Assembly (NCBI GenBank): GCA_964558935.1
Contig: CAZLFP010000001.1
Coordinates: 5,299-69,298, forward strand
Direction of reading: 5' to 3'
Source of the DNA: an uncultured Gammaproteobacteria bacterium
GTDB lineage: Bacteria > Patescibacteriota > Patescibacteriia > 2-01-FULL-39-33
Length of the DNA stretch: 64,000 bases
Shown: positions 1 through 10,174 of the stretch, in pieces
Layout: each line of letters opens with the position of its first letter
How positions within the stretch are numbered: the first letter of the stretch is position 1
Position numbers and translations under genes: made by a program
The notes under the pieces: model-generated
Seen by the model: only the letters and a program-made list of their open reading frames with translations
What the model was told of the DNA's origin: nothing
Database searches by the model: none

Positions 1-426
1 GAAATCGGTGACCAGGTAGTTATTGAGTTAGATGCGTTTGGCAGTGACCATCAGTTCAATGGTACGGTCAGCTTCATAGATCCGGCCCAAACCGTGATTT
101 CCGATGTTGTGTATTATAAAACAACAATTAGTTTCAATGAAGATTCATGGAATCAACAGATTAAACCAGGCATGACTGCAGATGTGACTGTGATTACAGC
201 CCAAAAGTCAGCTGTGCTGTATATCCCACAAAGAGCGGTCAGATTAAAAGAAGCTAGTTTGGGTGAAGTGCCAGAAAAATACGTTGAAGTGTTGGTGGGA
301 GAAGACCAAGTTGAGGAAAGAACAGTGGAAATTGGTTTAAGAGCTGATGGTGGTTTAGTTGAAATTATTTCAGGCTTGGAGCCAGGTGAATCAGTGGTCA
401 CTTTTAAAAAGGATAATACCAAATAG
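1..426 (+). CDS. MacA-like efflux periplasmic adaptor subunit (5' truncated by window)
   Basis: Frame open from base 1; IKPGMTADV...VLYIPQRAV and VEIISGL motifs; directly upstream of MacB-type ABC genes. Confidence 0.85.
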   Translation, partial: EIGDQVVIELDAFGSDHQFNGTVSFIDPAQTVISDVVYYKTTISFNEDSWNQQIKPGMTADVTVITAQKSAVLYIPQRAVRLKEASLGEVPEKYVEVLVGEDQVEERTVEIGLRADGGLVEIISGLEPGESVVTFKKDNTK

Positions 427-437
427 TCGCATAATTT

Positions 438-1172
438 ATGGGCAGTGAAAAAAACAAACAGGTTTTAATCAAGGTTGAGGATTTAAAGAAGGATTATGTC
501 AATGATGAAGTGGTGACAAAAGTGTTGCATGGTTTGTCTTTTAATATTCAGGCTGGGGAATTTTTAGCCATCATGGGTCCGTCTGGTAGCGGTAAATCCA
601 CCCTGATGCATATTTTGGGTTTTCTAGACAAATTAACGGACGGTAAATATTTTTTTAAAGACAGAGACGTTTCTAATTTAGATGATGATGCTCTGGCCCA
701 GATTAGAAATCAAGAGATTGGTTTTGTATTTCAATCCTTCAATTTATTGCCTAAGACTTCAGTTTTTGACAATGTTAAATTACCTTTACTCTACAGTCAA
801 TATAAAGATCATGAGGAAAGAGTGGAAGACGCGATTAAATCAGTTGGCCTGTTTCACCGTGTCAATAACTATTCCAATCAGTTATCCGGTGGTGAAAAGC
901 AGAGAGTGGCGATTGCCAGAGCTTTGGTAACTAATCCCAGTATTATTTTTGCCGATGAGCCAACAGGCAATTTGGATACCAAATCTGGCCAAGTCGTTAT
1001 GGAAATACTGGAAGATTTGAACGATAAAGGACATACTGTAATTTTAGTTACGCATGAAAGCGATACAGCCAAACACGCTGAGAGAATAATTACCCTCAGA
1101 GACGGTTTAATTGTCAGCGATGAAAAAGTGACAGATAGGCGTTTGGCAAAAAATGGACAGTTAGTAAAATAA
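438..1172 (+). CDS. ABC transporter ATP-binding protein (MacB/LolD family)
   Basis: Walker A GPSGSGKST, LSGGEKQR signature, IIFADEPTGNLD. Confidence 0.95.
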   Translation: MGSEKNKQVLIKVEDLKKDYVNDEVVTKVLHGLSFNIQAGEFLAIMGPSGSGKSTLMHILGFLDKLTDGKYFFKDRDVSNLDDDALAQIRNQEIGFVFQSFNLLPKTSVFDNVKLPLLYSQYKDHEERVEDAIKSVGLFHRVNNYSNQLSGGEKQRVAIARALVTNPSIIFADEPTGNLDTKSGQVVMEILEDLNDKGHTVILVTHESDTAKHAERIITLRDGLIVSDEKVTDRRLAKNGQLVK

Positions 1173-1177
1173 TTGGT

Positions 1178-2413
1178 ATGAACATCATAGAGAGCATAAA
1201 ACTATCTTGCTCAGTTTTGCGAGCCAACAAAGCTCGCAGTTTTTTAACCAGCTTGGGCATAATTATTGGCATTGCTTCAGTGATTGTAATTATGTCAGTG
1301 GGAGCTGGTGCTCAAAGTTTGATTATCAATCAGATAGATTCATTGGGTAGTAATCTGATCGGTATTCTGCCCGGAGCTTCGGATGAAGACGGACCACCGG
1401 CTTCAGCTTTTGGTATTGTGATTACAACTTTGAAATATGAAGATGCTTTAGCCATTGAAGATCAGGTGAGTAATGTTGTAGCCGTTAGTTCCTACAATAC
1501 TGGTGTGGGTACAGCCAGCTATCAGAGCAATAAAGTGGATGTGACTTACTATGGCGTCATGAGTTCCTACCCAGAGGTTGAAGAAACCAAAATTAGGCTA
1601 GGAAGATTTTTTAATCAGGAGGAAGAGCGGGGTAGTGCTAGGGTTGTGGTTCTGGGCTATTCAGCTGCCCAAGATTTGTTTAATGGATCTGACCCGATTG
1701 GTAAAAAAATTAAGATCAAAAAGGAATTTTTTGAAGTGATTGGCGTCTTAGAAGAGAGGGGTACGGTTGCTTTCCAAAACCAAGATGACAATGTATTTAT
1801 ACCTGTCTCCACAGCTCAGAAAATCATGCTGGGTATTCGTCATGTCAGCTTTATCCGAGTCAAAGTGAATGACACACGAAATTTAGATCAGGCAGTGGAT
1901 GAGATTAAACTTTTGTTGCGAGATCGTCATAATTTGAAGAGTGAGGATGAAGATGATTTTTCAGTCAGAAATGTCCAAGAGGCGATTGAAGTTTTAAATA
2001 GTGTAACTGATGCCTTGAAATTTTTTTTGGCAGCAATTGCTGCGATTTCCTTGGTTGTAGGTGGGGTTGGTGTAATGAATATTATGCTGGCTGCAGTCAA
2101 TGAGAGAATCCGTGAGATTGGCTTAAGAAAAGCGGTGGGTGCAAAAAGAGCCCATATTTTATGGCAGTTTGTCTCAGAGACCATTGCCATTACATTGCTG
2201 GGTGGATTAATTGGCATTCTTTTGGGCAGTGGCATTTCTGCTCTAGTCGCTTTTATTGCCAACTATCTGGGTTATGCTTGGGACTTGGTTATTACATGGC
2301 AGTCTGTTTTACTGGGCGTGGTGGTGGCGGCTGGTGTTGGCTTGGTTTTTGGATTGTATCCGGCTAACAAGGCAGCCAAATTAGATCCGATAACTGCTTT
2401 AAGATATGAATAA
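1178..2413 (+). CDS. ABC transporter permease (MacB/FtsX family)
   Basis: RSFLTSLGIIIGI N-terminus, GVMNIML..V.ER.REIGLRKAVGA, C-terminal LDPITALRYE. Confidence 0.95.
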   Translation: MNIIESIKLSCSVLRANKARSFLTSLGIIIGIASVIVIMSVGAGAQSLIINQIDSLGSNLIGILPGASDEDGPPASAFGIVITTLKYEDALAIEDQVSNVVAVSSYNTGVGTASYQSNKVDVTYYGVMSSYPEVEETKIRLGRFFNQEEERGSARVVVLGYSAAQDLFNGSDPIGKKIKIKKEFFEVIGVLEERGTVAFQNQDDNVFIPVSTAQKIMLGIRHVSFIRVKVNDTRNLDQAVDEIKLLLRDRHNLKSEDEDDFSVRNVQEAIEVLNSVTDALKFFLAAIAAISLVVGGVGVMNIMLAAVNERIREIGLRKAVGAKRAHILWQFVSETIAITLLGGLIGILLGSGISALVAFIANYLGYAWDLVITWQSVLLGVVVAAGVGLVFGLYPANKAAKLDPITALRYE

Positions 2414-3677
2414 TATGAGGAATGTGTTTGAAAAAATTATTTTACCCATCCAGTTGGCTTGGAAGTCTTTGGCATTGCACAAAGGCAGATCTTTCTTAAC
2501 AATTTTGGGTATTATGATCGGTATTGGAGCAGTTATTGTCGTCATGTCAGCCGGAGAAAGCATTAAGGATTTAATCTTATCTGAATTTGAATCATTTGGT
2601 ACAGATTACATCCAAGTTGAAGTCAAGGTGCCATCAACCGGCAGGAATTCAGCGGACAATGCCTCAGCTATTGGTCAGGGAGTGGAAATTACTACTTTTA
2701 CCAATGATGATGTGGATGCGATTGGTGTTTTACCCAATATTTACAAATATGGATCGTGTGTCATGGCTCAGGATCTGGCTTCATATTTGGACCAGAACAA
2801 AGTGGTGAATATTATGGGATGTTCAACCGCCATCCCTGACATCATGGGTTTTAACATTGAATATGGTAGGAATTATACTGACCAGGAAGATGACCAGCTG
2901 GCCAGGGTGGTTGTCTTGGGTAGCAAGGTCGCTGAAGAATTATTTGGCAACACTGATCCTGTTGGTCAGCGCATCAAGTTGGGTAAGTTTAAATACAAGG
3001 TGATCGGTATTGTTGAGCCCAAAGGAGCCACCTTTGGCTTGGATTTTGATAACTTAGTTTATACTCCATTGCAAACCACCCAAAAATTGATTTTAGGCAT
3101 TGATTATGTGATGTTTGCCACTTTAAAGGTTAACAATGTGGACAGGATTGATGAAACAGCAAACAATATTGTGATGACTCTCAGAGACAGGCATGATACA
3201 GACAATGAGAAAGAAGATGATTTTGCCGTTACTACCGCTAAAGAAGCTTTGGAAATAATTAACTCAGTTTTCGACGGTATTACTTTACTTTTAGTTTCCA
3301 TTGCCGCTATTTCATTGTTAGTGGGTGGAGTTGGGATTATGAATATCATGTACGTTTCAGTCACGGAAAGAACTTTTGAAATTGGCTTGAGAAAAGCGGT
3401 CGGAGCCAAGCCCAGTCAGATTCGATGGCAGTTTTTGTGGGAAGCGATTGTGGTGACGGTATTCGGCGGTTTAATCGGTATTGTTTTGGGTATTTCTTTA
3501 GCCTTGGCTGTAAGTTTCATTGCCCAACAGTTTGGATATGATTGGGAATTTATTTTACCTCCCCAATCCATCCTACTCGCTTTTGGTTTTTGTGCTGTGG
3601 TTGGTTTGATTTTTGGCTATTATCCGGCACAAAAAGCCGCGCAAATGGATCCCATTACAGCCTTGGGTCATGAGTAA
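2406..3677 (+). CDS. ABC transporter permease (MacB/FtsX family), second paralog
   Basis: Same motifs as upstream permease (GIMNIMYVSVTERTFEIGLRKAVGA). Confidence 0.95.
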   Translation: MNNMRNVFEKIILPIQLAWKSLALHKGRSFLTILGIMIGIGAVIVVMSAGESIKDLILSEFESFGTDYIQVEVKVPSTGRNSADNASAIGQGVEITTFTNDDVDAIGVLPNIYKYGSCVMAQDLASYLDQNKVVNIMGCSTAIPDIMGFNIEYGRNYTDQEDDQLARVVVLGSKVAEELFGNTDPVGQRIKLGKFKYKVIGIVEPKGATFGLDFDNLVYTPLQTTQKLILGIDYVMFATLKVNNVDRIDETANNIVMTLRDRHDTDNEKEDDFAVTTAKEALEIINSVFDGITLLLVSIAAISLLVGGVGIMNIMYVSVTERTFEIGLRKAVGAKPSQIRWQFLWEAIVVTVFGGLIGIVLGISLALAVSFIAQQFGYDWEFILPPQSILLAFGFCAVVGLIFGYYPAQKAAQMDPITALGHE

Positions 3678-3694
3678 TTTATGTCTCCTGGCTT

Positions 3695-4807
3695 ATGATA
3701 TTATCTCTGTCTTTAATTAAAAAAATAGATTGGCTGATAGTTACAGCGATAATCTTGCTTGCCTTATTCGGCTTGGCAGCCATCTACAGCGTTGCTTTGG
3801 GCCAAGGTTTGGGCGAGTTTTATAATTTCCAAAAACAGTTAGTCTGGTTGTTTTCCGGCATAGTTTTAATGCTGATGGTGGCTAATATTGATTACCGTTT
3901 ATGGCGCCGATTTGGTTGGCTGGGATATGGATTGGCTGTGATTCTGTTGATTCTCGTGTTAACACCCTTGGGTTCTACGATCCGGGGTTCCAGAGGCTGG
4001 TTTGATCTGGGTTTTTTCAGCTTTCAACCGGTGGAATTGATGAAACTATTTTTAATTGTTGTGTTGGCGGATATTTATACTCGTTATGCCAGAACCATTC
4101 ATACTTTTGCTCATCTGATAGTGGTTGGTATCATTATTTTACTGCCTCTGGGACTTGTCATAATCCAGCCAGATTTTGGATCAGCTATGATTCTATTTTT
4201 TACGTGGTTGATTTCTTTTATTTTGGTCAGTAAAAATCCCTGGCACCTGGTGACGATTATACTTTTCATTTTAACTTCCTTAGTTATTTCATGGTTTTTT
4301 ATTTTTGCAGATTACCAGAAGGACAGATTAAGAACTTTTATCAATCCTGCTTTAGATCCTTTGGGACGAGGTTATAATGTTCAACAGTCGATTATTGCAG
4401 TTGGCGCCGGCGGATTTATGGGCAGAGGTTTGGGTTTTGGCAGTCAAAGTCAATTAAAGTTCATTCCGGAAAGCCAGACAGATTTTGTCTTTGCCGTAAT
4501 TGCTGAAGAAATGGGCTTGGTAGGCGTAGCTTTACTTTTAGCTATTTTTGGTTTTTTGTTCTACAGGTTATATATCTTAGCTACCAGAGCACCGGATGAT
4601 TTTGGTATGTTTATTGTGATCTTAACCATTATTCTACTGTTTGTGCATGTTTTTATTAACATTGGCATGGGAGTTGGCTTACTGCCTGTCACCGGTATTT
4701 CTTTGCCATTTGTCTCGTACGGAGGCAGTTTTTTGCTCGTGGTACTCATTCTAATTGGGATTTGCCTGAATATCTATGGCTTTAGCTTAAGCGCCAGAAA
4801 ATATTGA
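3695..4807 (+). CDS. rodA: SEDS family rod shape-determining protein RodA
   Basis: GSRGWF..G.FSFQPVE, QPDFG, PESQTDFVF, LPFVSYGGS. Confidence 0.9.
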   Translation: MILSLSLIKKIDWLIVTAIILLALFGLAAIYSVALGQGLGEFYNFQKQLVWLFSGIVLMLMVANIDYRLWRRFGWLGYGLAVILLILVLTPLGSTIRGSRGWFDLGFFSFQPVELMKLFLIVVLADIYTRYARTIHTFAHLIVVGIIILLPLGLVIIQPDFGSAMILFFTWLISFILVSKNPWHLVTIILFILTSLVISWFFIFADYQKDRLRTFINPALDPLGRGYNVQQSIIAVGAGGFMGRGLGFGSQSQLKFIPESQTDFVFAVIAEEMGLVGVALLLAIFGFLFYRLYILATRAPDDFGMFIVILTIILLFVHVFINIGMGVGLLPVTGISLPFVSYGGSFLLVVLILIGICLNIYGFSLSARKY

Positions 4808-4838
4808 CGATTGACAGAGCTTTAGGCATAATACAAAT

Positions 4839-5192
4839 ATGCAAGATATCATTCCACCCGATTTTAATAAAGATCAATTACCGGAAGAAAGTTTGAGAAA
4901 TATCGCTTACTGTCCGGTTTGTCATCATCATTACAACCCGATCCAAGCTAAAGTAGTGGAGGAGGGAAATGGTGCTCATTTGATTTATGTCAAATGTAAT
5001 CGTTGTCAGTCTTCCATTCTGGCTCTAATACTAGCTGGCAGTTTTGGTATTAGTTCAGTCGGTTTAATAACTGATTTAGACAGTTACGAGGTTTCTAAAT
5101 TTTGTCGCTTATCTCCGATTTCCAGTAACGAAGTCATTAAAGTGCATCAAAAATTGGCTGAAACTAAATATATACATCAATTATTTAGCTAA
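4839..5192 (+). CDS. Hypothetical Zn-ribbon protein (CPVC...CNRC), probably leaderless
   Basis: Two CxxC pairs; TTGACG(4804)-17-CATAAT(4827) lies 6 nt before the ATG. Confidence 0.75.
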   Translation: MQDIIPPDFNKDQLPEESLRNIAYCPVCHHHYNPIQAKVVEEGNGAHLIYVKCNRCQSSILALILAGSFGISSVGLITDLDSYEVSKFCRLSPISSNEVIKVHQKLAETKYIHQLFS

Positions 5193-5288
5193 ATTTAGAT
5201 AAATATTTTTTAATTAAGTCACTTGATAAGTTGACTTTTTTAATTAAATTGGCTAAACTGAAATGGATATTAATTATTAGTCTTACTT

Positions 5289-5972
5289 ATGACAATTAAA
5301 TTAAATGCCAAACCACGCACGGTTGTGGGTAAAAAAGTGGCTGATTTAAGACAAGCAGATATTATCCCGGCTGTTTTATATGGTCATGGCGATAAAAATT
5401 TGAATTTAGCTTTGCCTTTCCAAGAATTTAATAAGGTGTTTGCTCAAGCGGGTGAAAATACCATTATTGATCTTGCTGTAGCAGGTACAGACCAGCCGAT
5501 TAAGGTTTTAGTGGCCGATACTCAATTAGATCCAATTAAGAATCAGGTTATACATGTTGATCTCAAAAGAATTAAAATGGATGAGAAGATTACGGCTAAC
5601 ATCAGTATTAATTATATTGGGGAAGCACCAGCGGTTAAAGAGTTGGGCGGTATTTTTGTCCATAATTTGGATGAGCTGGAAATCAAATGTTTGCCTGGAG
5701 ATTTGATTCATGAGGTTGATGTAGATATTTCCACTCTTAAGTCTTTTGATGATATAATTAGTATTGCAGACCTGTCTATACCTGCAACGATTGAAATCAT
5801 AGGCCATGAACCGACAGATGTGGTGGCAACGGTTACTCCTCAAAAAGTGGAAGCCGAACCCGTTGTTGAGACAAGTTCTGCAGAAACTGAAGAACAAGCC
5901 AAGTCAGATGACAAAGACCAAAAAGATCAAGCACAAGATTCAGAAGCTAATTCAAAGCCAAAAGAAGACTAA
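5289..5972 (+). CDS. rplY: 50S ribosomal protein L25/Ctc
   Basis: R...GK....LR....IPAVLYG, HVDL, acidic tail. Confidence 0.95.
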   Translation: MTIKLNAKPRTVVGKKVADLRQADIIPAVLYGHGDKNLNLALPFQEFNKVFAQAGENTIIDLAVAGTDQPIKVLVADTQLDPIKNQVIHVDLKRIKMDEKITANISINYIGEAPAVKELGGIFVHNLDELEIKCLPGDLIHEVDVDISTLKSFDDIISIADLSIPATIEIIGHEPTDVVATVTPQKVEAEPVVETSSAETEEQAKSDDKDQKDQAQDSEANSKPKED

Positions 5973-7008
5973 GCCAGAGACTGCCAACTGGACTTGGTAT
6001 TTAATAGCTGCCTGCATTGTCTTAGGTATAGTTGGCAGCTTTTTAATGATTTACGTTTGGTTTTACCAGGAAATCAGTAATATTCGTTTTCAGCACATAG
6101 ATACCAGTCAGACCGCACGCAAATTGGATGGAGTGGAAGTTCCGGCTCATCAAGCCAATCTGTTGCCGGTTGCGATTATGATCGAAAACGAAAAAGATTC
6201 CCGTCCACCCGCCGGTTTGGTTGAAGCTAAATTAGTGTATGAAGTGCTGTCTGAGGGAGAAATAACCCGTTTTTTGGCCATCTATGATTTAACGGAAGAT
6301 TTAGATAGAATTGGGCCGGTTCGAAGTGCACGTCCATATTATATCCAGATAGCCAAAGAGTATGATGCTCTGTATGTCCATTGCGGCGGCAGTCCAACCG
6401 CTCTGGCTCAATTAAAGCATGAAGATGAGATTGTGGATTTAAACGAATATTTTGGTTTTAATTCCGGCTATTTTTGGCGAGATAAGGGGAAGCTAGCTCC
6501 CCATAATTTATACACTTCAACGCAACTGCTTCAGTCTGCCAAGGATCATTATCGTTTGACAGATGATGTTTCAGATTTTACTTCTTGGCTGTATAAGTCA
6601 AAACCGGCTCAAACTCAACAGCCGGAACAGAGGATTGTCATTCCATATTCGCAAAGCAGTACTTACCAAGTAACCTGGCAATACCAACCTGAGGTTAATC
6701 TTTACCAAAGATGGCAAGACAACCGTCAGCATACAGATGAGTTGGGCCAAGGCGTAGCAGCAGATAATGTGGTTATTCTATTTGCTCAGACTCAGGTAAT
6801 TGACGAAGTGGGTAGAAGAAAGATTGATCTGGTCGGCAGTGGTAGAGTTCTAGTGTTTAGAGATGGTCAGGTTATTGAAGGTACCTGGCAAAAGTTGGAA
6901 GCTTGGCACAGAACCACTTTTTTTGACAGCAACCAACAGGAGATAGTCTTAAACCAAGGACAAACATGGATTCAGATAGTGCCTCAGGAGTTAGTTGTGA
7001 CGTATTGA
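5908..7008 (+). CDS. DUF3048 (YerB-like) membrane-anchored protein; start placed at ATG 5908, overlapping the rplY tail
   Basis: AIMIEN..DSRP.AGL, EGEITRFLA, IGPVRSARPYY, APHNLY; basic N-terminus plus TM helix. Confidence 0.85.
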   Translation: MTKTKKIKHKIQKLIQSQKKTKPETANWTWYLIAACIVLGIVGSFLMIYVWFYQEISNIRFQHIDTSQTARKLDGVEVPAHQANLLPVAIMIENEKDSRPPAGLVEAKLVYEVLSEGEITRFLAIYDLTEDLDRIGPVRSARPYYIQIAKEYDALYVHCGGSPTALAQLKHEDEIVDLNEYFGFNSGYFWRDKGKLAPHNLYTSTQLLQSAKDHYRLTDDVSDFTSWLYKSKPAQTQQPEQRIVIPYSQSSTYQVTWQYQPEVNLYQRWQDNRQHTDELGQGVAADNVVILFAQTQVIDEVGRRKIDLVGSGRVLVFRDGQVIEGTWQKLEAWHRTTFFDSNQQEIVLNQGQTWIQIVPQELVVTY

Positions 7009-7033
7009 CAATAATTATTGTTTTACATATAAT
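7005..7033 (+). promoter_or_regulatory. sigma70 promoter of RNA unit 1
   Basis: TTGACA(7005)-17-TATAAT(7028), perfect consensus. Confidence 0.85.
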
Positions 7034-7039
7034 CTAGGC

Positions 7040-7166
7040 AGTCGCCACTACTTGGGGAAGGGGTGACTTGACACCAGGAGACAAATTTGACTCTCCCACC
7101 ACGCCCATTATGGGCAGTCTCCGTCCCCGGGGCAAGCTCCTCCGACATTAGCTTGCCCCTCTTTTT
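7040..7166 (+). ncRNA. Putative structured small RNA, unit 1
   Basis: Perfect promoter; stems AGTCGCC/GGTGACT and GGAGAC/GTCTCC; terminator GGGGCAAGCT/AGCTTGCCCC plus T-run; no ORF. Confidence 0.55.
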
Positions 7167-7167
7167 A

Positions 7168-7196
7168 TTGACAAAATATCTAATCTGTGTTAGTTT
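7168..7196 (+). promoter_or_regulatory. sigma70 promoter of RNA unit 2
   Basis: TTGACA(7168)-17-TAGTTT(7191). Confidence 0.65.
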
Positions 7197-7200
7197 GTAG

Positions 7201-7366
7201 GTACATGGCCGAAGCCGGTCTTAGTGACCGGCCTAGCGCGATGCCCCGCTATGTGCCAGAGAGTGTTGAGTCCCGGTTGCCAATCCCTGGATTCATAAAC
7301 TCCCCGTGTTAAGGGCAATAGCGGAATTTGGCTTATTGAGGTAGACTAACGTAGTCTACCTTTTTT
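7201..7366 (+). ncRNA. Putative structured small RNA, unit 2
   Basis: GTACATGG/CTATGTGC encloses GCCGGTC/GACCGGC; terminator AGGTAGACTA/TAGTCTACCT plus T-run (7339-7366). Confidence 0.55.
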
Positions 7367-7407
7367 GTTTAAATTTAGATAAAAAAATAGCTAATATGGA
7401 TTAACTA

Positions 7408-7436
7408 TTGACAAAATAATGAAAGTGTGTTATACT
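7408..7436 (+). promoter_or_regulatory. sigma70 promoter of unit 3
   Basis: TTGACA(7408)-17-TATACT(7431) with TGn extension. Confidence 0.8.
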
Positions 7437-7442
7437 TGTAGT

Positions 7443-7633
7443 TATCATCTGAGAACAAGGAGAAAAAAAATGAAGTTCGCGTATGCCGGTTCAGCAACAG
7501 AGATGTAACTCTGTTGCTACATTCAGAGGGTTTTTGTCCCCGTTTGTACCCCGTCGAGATCAAACGGAGAGCCTAGAGGAAGCAGAGCCTCACCCCACAT
7601 CTTGTGACTAACAATCACAGGTGTGGGGTTTTT
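7443..7633 (+). ncRNA. Putative structured RNA unit 3 with SD-led 12-aa ORF (7470-7508, MKFAYAGSATEM)
   Basis: AAGGAG at 7457; stem AGCAACAGAG/CTCTGTTGCT; terminator 7592-7633 overlaps the prmC stop. Confidence 0.5.
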
Positions 7634-8436
7634 AAAATTTTTAAAAAGCGATCTTTTCCGCTTAGGTCTTTTTCCAAGTTGCCATTAGAAAAATATTTAT
7701 TGGCTAACTTCAAAGTTTGTTTGGACAGTAGGGTGTTTATTTCTAACATCACCAGTTGAGGTGTTTTTTTTAATTCTTTAATTTGTTGAAACAGTTTTTC
7801 AAATAATTCTAAATCTCCATAGAGGGCAGACTTGGGTTCAAATTTAATTGAGCCGTGTTTTTCAGTGTTTTTTAAATAGGGGAGATTGGCTAGGATGATG
7901 TCCGGATTTGTTTTGATATTTTTAAGCAAATCTGACTGAATGAATTTTATTTTAACTGTGTTTAATTTTGAATTTTGTTTGGCCACTTTTAAGGCAGAGG
8001 CGTATTTATCTGAAGCAATTACATTGAGGTGAGGTAATAGTTTTTTTAAAGTGATGGCGATACAACCGGAACCGGTACCAATGTCTAAAACAGTGATTTG
8101 TTTTAATTTATTAGCCTTAATGTAATCCATAGCTTTATCCACCAACTCTTCTGTTTCCGGTCTGGGAATTAAGACATGTTTGTTGACTTTAAAAGTTAAG
8201 CCATAGAAGTCTTTTTGATTTAAAATGTAAGCAATGGGTTCTTGCTTATTTCTTCTGTTTAAATGTTTATCGTATCTATCTTGTTGTTGTTGGGTTAACA
8301 CATATTCCGGATGAGAATACAAAAAGCTTTTATCTTTGTTTAAAATGGAAGATAATAAAACCTCAGCATCTAAAAGGGGAGTGGGTGAGGTTTTAAGTCT
8401 TTGATTGCCTTTACTCAGATTATCTTTGATTGTCAT
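7615..8436 (-). CDS. prmC: Release factor glutamine methyltransferase
   Basis: VLIPRPETE, LDIGTGSGCI, NLPY; coupled to prfA. Confidence 0.95.
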   Translation of the reverse strand: MTIKDNLSKGNQRLKTSPTPLLDAEVLLSSILNKDKSFLYSHPEYVLTQQQQDRYDKHLNRRNKQEPIAYILNQKDFYGLTFKVNKHVLIPRPETEELVDKAMDYIKANKLKQITVLDIGTGSGCIAITLKKLLPHLNVIASDKYASALKVAKQNSKLNTVKIKFIQSDLLKNIKTNPDIILANLPYLKNTEKHGSIKFEPKSALYGDLELFEKLFQQIKELKKTPQLVMLEINTLLSKQTLKLANKYFSNGNLEKDLSGKDRFLKILKTPHL

Positions 8437-9495
8437 TTAATCTATGTTTTCCTGTTCTTTTTCTTTTAATGCATCAATGATTATTTCAAGATTACCGTCT
8501 AAAATATTGGGAATATTATTAAAATTCATTTTAATCCGATGATCGGTAATTCGGTCTTGAGGGAAGTTATATGTTCTGATTTTTTCAGATCTATCTCCGG
8601 TACCAATCTGAGACTTTCTTTGGTCTCCCAACTTTTTTGCTTCTTCTTCTTGCAAATTGGCGAGAATTCTAGATCGCAGTACCATCATGGCTTTTTCTTT
8701 GTTTTGGTGCTGGGATTTTTCATCTTGGCAGGTAACTACAGTGTTAGATGGCAGGTGGGTAATTCTCACTGCTGAATCTGTCGTATTGACAGACTGTCCG
8801 CCATGACCACCGGCTCTGAAGACATCAATTCTTAAGTCTTGAGGATTGATTTCCAGATCCACTTCTTGTGCTTCCGGTAGAACGGCTACGGTGACAGTTG
8901 AAGTATGGACGCGTCCCTTTTTTTCCGTTTCCGGAACTCTTTGAACTCGGTGAACGCCACTTTCATATTTCATTGTCCCGTAGACATTTTGACCGGTAAT
9001 TTCAAAAATTACTTCTTTGAAGCCACCAATACCAATGCGGTTGGCAGATATTAACTTGGCTTGCCACTTATTCTTTTCAGCTAAACGTGAGTACATTCTA
9101 AACAGTTCAGCGGCAAACAGAGCAGATTCATCTCCACCAGCACCGGCTCTGATTTCCACGATCACATTTTTTTTGTCATTCGGATCTTTGGGAATTAACA
9201 GAGATTTAATTTGTTTTTCCAAATCTTGAATTTGTCTTTCCAAGGTGTTTTTTTCTTCTTCAGAAATCTGTTTTAATTCCTCATCACCTTGGTTGTCGGC
9301 AATCATTTGCTCGGTTTCCTTAAGTTGCTCTTGAGCTTTATCCCAAGCTGTTTTCACTCGGATGATTTCCTTTAAATCTTCATACTCCTGAGACACTTCT
9401 TTCATTTGTTTCGGATCAGAAATAACCTGCTCATTTTGGAGCAGTCTTTCCAATTCCTCAAATCGTTCTTTAAGTTGTGCTAGTTTTTTATCCAT
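8437..9495 (-). CDS. prfA: Peptide chain release factor 1
   Basis: [17 protein letters not shown] (PxT motif), [12 protein letters not shown]. Confidence 0.97.
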   Translation of the reverse strand: MDKKLAQLKERFEELERLLQNEQVISDPKQMKEVSQEYEDLKEIIRVKTAWDKAQEQLKETEQMIADNQGDEELKQISEEEKNTLERQIQDLEKQIKSLLIPKDPNDKKNVIVEIRAGAGGDESALFAAELFRMYSRLAEKNKWQAKLISANRIGIGGFKEVIFEITGQNVYGTMKYESGVHRVQRVPETEKKGRVHTSTVTVAVLPEAQEVDLEINPQDLRIDVFRAGGHGGQSVNTTDSAVRITHLPSNTVVTCQDEKSQHQNKEKAMMVLRSRILANLQEEEAKKLGDQRKSQIGTGDRSEKIRTYNFPQDRITDHRIKMNFNNIPNILDGNLEIIIDALKEKEQENID

Positions 9496-9561
9496 TAGCT
9501 TAATTATACCTTAAATAAAAAGAACTCACTATTCTGCTGAGTCCTTTTATGATTTCAAATG

Positions 9562-9852
9562 TTACTTGTCTGTTTCAATTTTAGACCTTTTGGCTGCCTG
9601 TAATTCTTTTTGTTTGGCTTTTTTAGCTTTTTTGCCGGTAATTGTTTCGGCTTTAGCTTCCAACTTCTTCTGGAATTTATCGACTCGTTTGGCAGTATCT
9701 ACCAATTTTTGCTTACCGGTGTAAAAAGGATGGCATTTGGAGCATATTTCAACATTGATGTCTTTTAAAGTGGAACCAACTGTAAAAGTATGGCCACAAA
9801 CACAAGTGACTGTCGCCTGGTTGTAATAGTCTGGATGGATATCTTTTTTCAT
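9562..9852 (-). CDS. rpmE: 50S ribosomal protein L31 (Zn-binding type); start at 9852
   Basis: [21 protein letters not shown]. Confidence 0.95.
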   Translation of the reverse strand: MKKDIHPDYYNQATVTCVCGHTFTVGSTLKDINVEICSKCHPFYTGKQKLVDTAKRVDKFQKKLEAKAETITGKKAKKAKQKELQAAKRSKIETDK

Positions 9853-9942
9853 ATGAAATATTATTTGAACTAGACTTATTGTAAGCATAATCCGAAGAAA
9901 AGTCAAGCCTTGATTTCTAATTTTAAATATGATAATCTGCAA

Positions 9943-10055
9943 GTACCTACCAACGTGCGGTAGGAGGTCAGACTCCGTCTTGCCTTCTGGGAGTGGATTG
10001 CAAAAAATTGCCCCTCATACGCAGCAACTGCTACCCAGAAGGCAAGACCTTTTTT
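9943..10055 (+). ncRNA. Putative small RNA or long hairpin between rpmE and rpsB
   Basis: 15-bp perfect IR GTCTTGCCTTCTGGG(9977-9991)/CCCAGAAGGCAAGAC(10034-10048) plus T-run; ends before the rpsB promoter. Confidence 0.45.
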
Positions 10056-10057
10056 AT

Positions 10058-10086
10058 TTGACAATTTAGCTTAATAATGTTAAATT
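10058..10086 (+). promoter_or_regulatory. rpsB-tsf promoter
   Basis: TTGACA(10058)-17-TAAATT(10081). Confidence 0.7.
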
Positions 10087-10174
10087 ATCTAAGTTAATCA
10101 TAATCACTCATGCTTTCTAATAATTATCCTTGCTCATATTTTGAGTTATGAAAGCAGAGGTAGAAAGGACAAGT

